Assembly: GCA_037130055.1 (NCBI GenBank)
Contig: JBAXTS010000003.1
Span: 1 to 47,674 of the forward strand
Length of the DNA: 47,674 nt
Source of the DNA: a bacterium
GTDB taxonomy: Bacteria > Patescibacteriota > Minisyncoccia > Phycocordibacterales > UBA9973
Direction: 5' to 3'
In this document: positions 42,565 to 47,674 of the stretch, piece by piece
Numbering within the stretch: the stretch's first letter is position 1
How the letters are laid out: each line of letters begins with the position of its first letter
Made by a program: the position numbers and the translations under genes
The notes under the pieces: generated by a model
Seen by the model: only the letters and a program-made list of their open reading frames with translations
Database searches by the model: none
Told to the model about the DNA's origin: nothing

Positions 42565-43422
42565 TTACCTTATCTCGTAAGTTATTGTGACGTTTGATGT
42601 AATTTTCGTTTCTCCTGTTGGAAGAGTAGGGGCTTGCGCAGGAACACTTCCGGCACTATCAGCTGTTGCCATTACCTTTGCACCATACATTATTGGGTAA
42701 TTTCCATTCTCAGAGAAATTTACAATGCGAACAAGGTGCACGCCTAGGTCTTTGGAAAGAGAGCCTGCTTTCGCTTTCGCTTCATCTATCGCTATTTTTC
42801 TGGCCTGTGCCTTCAACGCAGCCTCTTTTTCAATAGAAAAATCAGGACCATTGATTTCCGAAATTCCAGCGTCACCAATACCCTTTACGATATCTCCTGT
42901 TTTGGTAAGGTCGTGAACTTTTACTGAAACATTTTCTGTTACTTCATATCCCGTTAAAATATTTTTACCTGGAGTACAATAATAATTTGGACTATTTATA
43001 TCAGTCACTGGAGGACAGACGCCCTGTCTCCAAGAATATGTCGGGTTGGAATTATAATTCTCGGTCTTTATGTCCTTCTTTGCTATACCACTTTTGTCAA
43101 GAAAATCTAACACTGCAGTTTCTTTGACTGTCGCTTTTGTCTGTGCGCTGGCTACATCCTTTGCATTTTCTCGTATGATGAAATTGACAGTTGCTAAGTC
43201 TGGGGCTGCTGTCACCTCTCCTTTTCCATCAAAACTAATTGTGTTAGAAACAGTAGCTCCTCCTGGAATATTATTATAATTCATTATTTCAGTTATTGTC
43301 TTGGTTAAAAAATATAAAGACAAAATTATTCCTAAAACAAAAATTATTTTTATCAATCTCGATTTTTCATCATTTGATGTTCCCATTTTATTACCAACTT
43401 TTTCATTATTTAATGTTTCCAT
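42565..43422 (-). CDS. SIMPL (DUF541/BP26-like) domain protein
   Basis: N-terminal TM; GKGEVTAAPDLA, ARKIAIDEAKAKA, VTITYEI; start may be GTG 43434. Confidence 0.9.
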   Translation of the reverse strand: METLNNEKVGNKMGTSNDEKSRLIKIIFVLGIILSLYFLTKTITEIMNYNNIPGGATVSNTISFDGKGEVTAAPDLATVNFIIRENAKDVASAQTKATVKETAVLDFLDKSGIAKKDIKTENYNSNPTYSWRQGVCPPVTDINSPNYYCTPGKNILTGYEVTENVSVKVHDLTKTGDIVKGIGDAGISEINGPDFSIEKEAALKAQARKIAIDEAKAKAGSLSKDLGVHLVRIVNFSENGNYPIMYGAKVMATADSAGSVPAQAPTLPTGETKITSNVTITYEIR

Positions 43423-43450
43423 ATATTTTTCCACACTATCGCGTGATATT

Positions 43451-43936
43451 TTATTTATTAATACCTAAAAGCTCAACGTCAAAAATTAAAGTAGAATTTG
43501 GGGGTATTACTCCTGGAATACCACCAGCTCCATAAGCGTCAGCGGGCGCTAATGTTAAAGTCTTCTTCTCACCGACTTTCATACCTACTATCCCCTTATC
43601 CCAACCAGTGATCACTTGCCCGGCACCTAGTTTAAACACAAATGGCTCTACGTGGTTAAACTTTGGATCCACATTTGAATCAAATACAGTACCATCCTGT
43701 AAACGACCTGTATAATTCATAGAAACAGAATCTCCTGTCTGCGCAGACAGACCCGTTTTTGCTACATCAGCTCCTTTTGCTACATCTCCTCCTGAAACCA
43801 CGTTATTAGTGTTATTGCTGTTATTTGCTGCTGACATATTTCCTTTAGTATTATAGCTAATAAAAATCAAAAATCCGACCAAAACCAAACAAATCACTGC
43901 TGCTAAAGCTACACTCATTTTTCCTTGATTTTTCAT
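43451..43936 (-). CDS. FKBP-type peptidyl-prolyl cis-trans isomerase, membrane-anchored
   Basis: YTGRL.DG..FDS, QVITGWD, AYG, IPPNSTLIFDVEL. Confidence 0.96.
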   Translation of the reverse strand: MKNQGKMSVALAAVICLVLVGFLIFISYNTKGNMSAANNSNNTNNVVSGGDVAKGADVAKTGLSAQTGDSVSMNYTGRLQDGTVFDSNVDPKFNHVEPFVFKLGAGQVITGWDKGIVGMKVGEKKTLTLAPADAYGAGGIPGVIPPNSTLIFDVELLGINK

Positions 43937-44060
43937 ACTATTTTTAAAATTATATTTTTAATAAGTAGATTGTAGCAACAAAAGAGGAGCAAAAGCAAAT
44001 TCATTTGCTTAGTGTCCGAATGCTGTTGATATATGGTACTCCATCTACACCCAAAAAACT

Positions 44061-45128
44061 CTAAATCAAATTCACCTCAGTTTCTAGTTTTATACCATAT
44101 TTATCAAAATAACTCTTTTTTATCATCTCTATAAAATTTACAACTTCTTCCCCTGTTGCTTTTCCATTCGTTACGATTATTAGTGCATGCTTGTCGTGTA
44201 CTCCCACATTCCCTATCCATTTACCGAGCCATCCCAAGTTTTGCAAAAGCCTACCAGTAGCTACTTTTACAAAATCTTCGCCATCATTAATAGTTTTGTA
44301 ACTAAGACCACCAACAGGATAAGACTGGAGTTCACTATCTTCTTCTTTCAACTCTTCATATTTCTTTCTACTAACAACAGAGTTCAAAAAAGAGCTTCCA
44401 GCATTTGGTATCTTTAGTGGGTCAGGGAGTTTTCTACTTCGAATATTTATCACAGCTTGGTACACGTCTTTAATATAAAAAGGTGGTATAGCTATTTTGT
44501 TCATTTCTTCTTTTACAGAATCCCGAGTTATCCCTATTTGATAATAAGAATCTTCTATCTGTGGGTTCTTTAAAAGCTGAAGTCGAACTTTTAAAATTAT
44601 ATATTTATTTTTGAACTCTTTTTTAAAAACACTTTCCCGGTAACCAAACTTACATTCTTCTTTATTAAATTTCTCAATTTTCCCTGTTTCAACATTAAAA
44701 GCATCAAGTGATATAAAAACATCAGAAAAACTTTCTCCATAAGCGGCGATATTTTGCACGGGGGCAGCTCCGACAGTCCCTGGTACAAAAGCCAAATTTT
44801 CTACCCCACCAAAATTATTGCTTACTGCATACGTCACCAAATCATGCCACACCTCCCCGGCCGCCACTTCAAGTAAAACACTTTCACTATTTTCTTCTAT
44901 AACTTTTTTGCCAAGCATGGAGACCTTTACAACCACCCCACCAAAATCACCAGTAAATAAAATATTACTACCACTCCCTAAAAAAAACTTTTTATTATTT
45001 TTAAATTCTGGCATCAAAAAAAGCTCTTGTAACTCTGATTCTTTTTCTATCTCAACAAAAAATTTAGCCTTCGCCTGAATGCGCAATGTATTTAACTTTG
45101 CGAGATTGTAATTGTTAAAGATTTTCAT
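44061..45128 (-). CDS. murB: UDP-N-acetylenolpyruvoylglucosamine reductase
   Basis: GSGSNILF, PGTVGAAPVQNIAAYG, FGYRES, NAGSSF, HAL, LETEV. Confidence 0.96.
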   Translation of the reverse strand: MKIFNNYNLAKLNTLRIQAKAKFFVEIEKESELQELFLMPEFKNNKKFFLGSGSNILFTGDFGGVVVKVSMLGKKVIEENSESVLLEVAAGEVWHDLVTYAVSNNFGGVENLAFVPGTVGAAPVQNIAAYGESFSDVFISLDAFNVETGKIEKFNKEECKFGYRESVFKKEFKNKYIILKVRLQLLKNPQIEDSYYQIGITRDSVKEEMNKIAIPPFYIKDVYQAVINIRSRKLPDPLKIPNAGSSFLNSVVSRKKYEELKEEDSELQSYPVGGLSYKTINDGEDFVKVATGRLLQNLGWLGKWIGNVGVHDKHALIIVTNGKATGEEVVNFIEMIKKSYFDKYGIKLETEVNLI

Positions 45129-45131
45129 TTT

Positions 45132-46502
45132 TTATAGAAAAATAGAAATTATCGCGCCGACCCCAACAAGAGAAATCAAGACAAAAGTCACCCAACCAAA
45201 AATATTTGTAATCCTTTTGTTTTTAAAATTACCCATAATATTGGGGTCCCCACTCAAGCGAACAATAAAGAAAATCATAAGTGGAGAAACGACACCATTT
45301 AAAACTGCAGAATATATAAGCGCCTTGATTGGGTCAAGTCCGACAAAGTTCAAAATAATACCTAAAACCATAGCAACAATAATAACTCCATAAAATGACG
45401 TCGCTTGCTTCAATTTTCGATAAAGTCCTGTCTTCCAACCAAATGATTCAGAAATTGCGTATGAGGCCGACCCTGCAAGTACTGGGATAGCCAGAAAACC
45501 TGTTCCTAATATGCCCAAAGCAAAAAGAGTAAAAGCAAAATCCCCAGCAAAAGGACGAAGAGCAACCGCTGCATCAGCCGCGGATGCAATATTAGTAATT
45601 CCACTTGCATAAAGTGTCGCGGCACATGCTGCAATAATAAAAAACATTATTGCATTAGAAACAAACATTCCAGACCAGACATCAATACGCATATTCTTCA
45701 TATCTTCCTCAGTATTGTTTGCTTTGCGCATCTCTTCAGTTTTTTCTCCCTTCAAAATTTCCTCCTCAACCTCCTGTGAAGACTGCCAGAAAAATAAATA
45801 TGGACTGATGGTGGTACCTAACGCCGCGCAAATCAAAATAATTGTGTCTTTAGAAAAAGAAAAATGTGGCACCACCGTGTTTTGAATAACTTCTCCCCAA
45901 TTTATTTTTACTGAAAAAGCAGAAATGACATAAGCAAACAAAACAAACGTCAAATATTTTAAATATTTTGCATATTCTTTATAAGGAATAAAAATCTGAA
46001 GAAATAAAGAAAATACTGCAAAAAGAAAAATTAAAAAAGTAAAATTAAAAGCAGGAAATATCAACTGCGCTCCTTTGGCCATCGCCCCTAGGTCTGCTCC
46101 GATATTGAAAACGTTTGCAAAAAGTAAAAGTGCAGTACAAAGATAAAGAATTTTTTTTGAATAATGTCTTTTGATGTTTGCTGCTAAACCTACGCCGGTA
46201 GTGAGCCCAATACGTGCGCACATTTCCTGTATTACTGCCATAAGTGGAAAAGAAAAAAGTGAAAGCCAAATAAGACCAAATCCCTGTGAAGCACCCATTT
46301 GAGAATATGTAGCAATACCTGATGGGTCATCATCAGCAGCACCTGTAATGAGCCCAGGGCCGAGCTTCTTCCAATAACTGACGGCAGCCTTCATGGGTCT
46401 CTTCCCGGCGATATCATGTTCCAACTCATGCCCGACTTCTACACTCTTTTCCAGTATCTCAGCCGGCGCACTAAAAACTTTTTCCAAAATGGTCTTTTTC
46501 AT
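45132..46502 (-). CDS. NRAMP-like divalent metal cation transporter
   Basis: LGPGLITGAADDDPSGIATYSQ, GTTISPYLFFWQ; many TM segments. Confidence 0.9.
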   Translation of the reverse strand: MKKTILEKVFSAPAEILEKSVEVGHELEHDIAGKRPMKAAVSYWKKLGPGLITGAADDDPSGIATYSQMGASQGFGLIWLSLFSFPLMAVIQEMCARIGLTTGVGLAANIKRHYSKKILYLCTALLLFANVFNIGADLGAMAKGAQLIFPAFNFTFLIFLFAVFSLFLQIFIPYKEYAKYLKYLTFVLFAYVISAFSVKINWGEVIQNTVVPHFSFSKDTIILICAALGTTISPYLFFWQSSQEVEEEILKGEKTEEMRKANNTEEDMKNMRIDVWSGMFVSNAIMFFIIAACAATLYASGITNIASAADAAVALRPFAGDFAFTLFALGILGTGFLAIPVLAGSASYAISESFGWKTGLYRKLKQATSFYGVIIVAMVLGIILNFVGLDPIKALIYSAVLNGVVSPLMIFFIVRLSGDPNIMGNFKNKRITNIFGWVTFVLISLVGVGAIISIFL

Positions 46503-47065
46503 TCCCTAAGTATAGTTATAGAGCCATCTTTATGCAATTTTATAACTTTTGATGCTTTGCCAGTAATTTCTCCTCCATCAACATACATATTTACGCTATC
46601 ACTGAAATATGTTTTTGCTTCTTCTATATTTAGTGCTGGAGACAGACCTTCAGGATTGGCGGAAGGAGCTATGAGCGGCCCTGTTTCTTTTAATAAATTC
46701 TGTAACTCCATTTGCGTGGGTATTCGAAACGCTAGAGTCTTTGTACCACGATGTAAGTATGAAAATTTATCATTTGGGCAATCTAAAATGAAACTAGTCG
46801 GGGTAGGAAAATTATTGATAACTTTTTTATGCCCTTCGGAAAAATTTATAGCAAATTTCTCAAGTTCAGAAATATCACCAATCAAAACTATACATGGCTT
46901 ATCTGGTGCCCTTTTTTTTAATTTATATATTCTCTCTACTGTGTCAGTTGTAAGCGCTTGCCCTACTATTCCATACAAAGTATCTGTCGGCATCACGGCC
47001 ACACCACCATTTTTTAATGTCTTAATTAAATTTTCATCTTCCCAGACATTTTGCTCTGACTGCAT
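46499..47065 (-). CDS. tsaC: L-threonylcarbamoyladenylate synthase (Sua5/YrdC)
   Basis: PTDTLYG, KKRAPDKP, AFRIP, PSANPEG. Confidence 0.93.
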   Translation of the reverse strand: MQSEQNVWEDENLIKTLKNGGVAVMPTDTLYGIVGQALTTDTVERIYKLKKRAPDKPCIVLIGDISELEKFAINFSEGHKKVINNFPTPTSFILDCPNDKFSYLHRGTKTLAFRIPTQMELQNLLKETGPLIAPSANPEGLSPALNIEEAKTYFSDSVNMYVDGGEITGKASKVIKLHKDGSITILRE

Positions 47066-47086
47066 AAAATGTATTATAATATAAAA

Positions 47087-47479
47087 ATGATTAAAAAGAT
47101 TGTAAAATTTTTTGAGAAATTAGAAAATAAAATAAGGATAAGATTGAGTCGCTACCCTATTTTATATGCATTCATAGGGGGCGTCGGTATTGTTTTGTTT
47201 TGGCGTGGAGTATGGCATACAGCGGATGATGTCAACATGAGCAGCCTTTTTTCTCTCTTTATAGGAGCTTTTATTATGCTCGTAATAGGAATATTCGTCT
47301 CTGAATTTATAGGAAAGAAACTTATTATTTCTGGACTTGTGGGAGAAGAAAAACTCGCAGAAAAAGAAGAAGCAGAAATTGAAACTGAAGAAGCTCAATT
47401 AAAAAATTTACAAAATACTCTAGCCAGATTGGAACAAAAACTAGAACATATAGACCAGGACATAGAAGGGAAAAAATAA
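47087..47479 (+). CDS. Hypothetical membrane protein with C-terminal coiled coil
   Basis: Two TM segments (GVGIVLFWRGVW) and an acidic heptad-like tail; start reset to 47087. Confidence 0.8.
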   Translation: MIKKIVKFFEKLENKIRIRLSRYPILYAFIGGVGIVLFWRGVWHTADDVNMSSLFSLFIGAFIMLVIGIFVSEFIGKKLIISGLVGEEKLAEKEEAEIETEEAQLKNLQNTLARLEQKLEHIDQDIEGKK

Positions 47480-47488
47480 ACTATCGTG

Positions 47489-47560
47489 GGGGCCTATTCG
47501 GTTATGCTCCGAATCCGAGAGCTCCACAAGCTCTAGTGCTACTATTACACCATAAGCCCC
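47489..47560 (-). tRNA. tRNA-His (GUG) with encoded G-1 and non-canonical T-loop
   Basis: G-GGGCTTA..AGAGC-TTGTGGA-GCTCT..TTCGG-AGCATAA-CCGAA-TAGGCCC-C. Confidence 0.88.
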
Positions 47561-47674
47561 ATGTATTGCTATTTATATCAAAAAAGTTAAATAAATGCTA
47601 GTTATTTATATATATACTTTGTGTGTCTATTGTACCAAGTCCGAACCTATTTTCAAAACAAAAGCTAATCGCAC

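Noticed and set aside
128-47398. Many short ORFs in the track that overlap or oppose known genes (e.g. 1268..1762, 29002..29349, 46416..47084)
   Set aside because: They are shadow frames of well-supported genes and show no motifs or independent expression signals.

Overview
An AT-rich window of core chromosome from a Candidate Phyla Radiation bacterium (Patescibacteria, Parcubacteria/Nomurabacteria-like). This assignment is inferred from the absence of rpmD and rplA at their usual operon positions, a tRNA-Ile with a UAU anticodon, and an almost complete lack of Shine-Dalgarno motifs. Most of the window is the minus-strand translation supercluster (secE-nusG-rplK; rpsL-rpsG, fusA, tuf; S10 and spc operons; secY, adk, map), plus ftsH, smpB-tmRNA, infC-rpmI-rplT, rpmB, two tRNAs and many nucleotide-metabolism genes. 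The usual operons are broken up by insertions: a toxin-antitoxin pair and a repeat-flanked lytic transglycosylase cassette between rpsG and fusA, pyrD-pyrE-pyrF between fusA and tuf, an inverted cmk between secY and adk, and a GC-rich ~1 kb array between rplB and rpsS. That array is the most unusual element. It has three related small units with structured leaders, strong GGAGG motifs and their own terminators, and it appears conserved at the nucleotide level rather than the protein level. Other notable signals are a compact 6S-like RNA, pervasive leaderless promoters (including back-to-back bidirectional ones), terminator-like hairpins directly after promoters of translation genes, a switch-like RNA structure between rplK and a queuosine-precursor transporter, and several dispersed repeat families, some of which have entered ribosomal protein coding sequences. 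All calls come from reading the sequence; no searches or folding programs were run.
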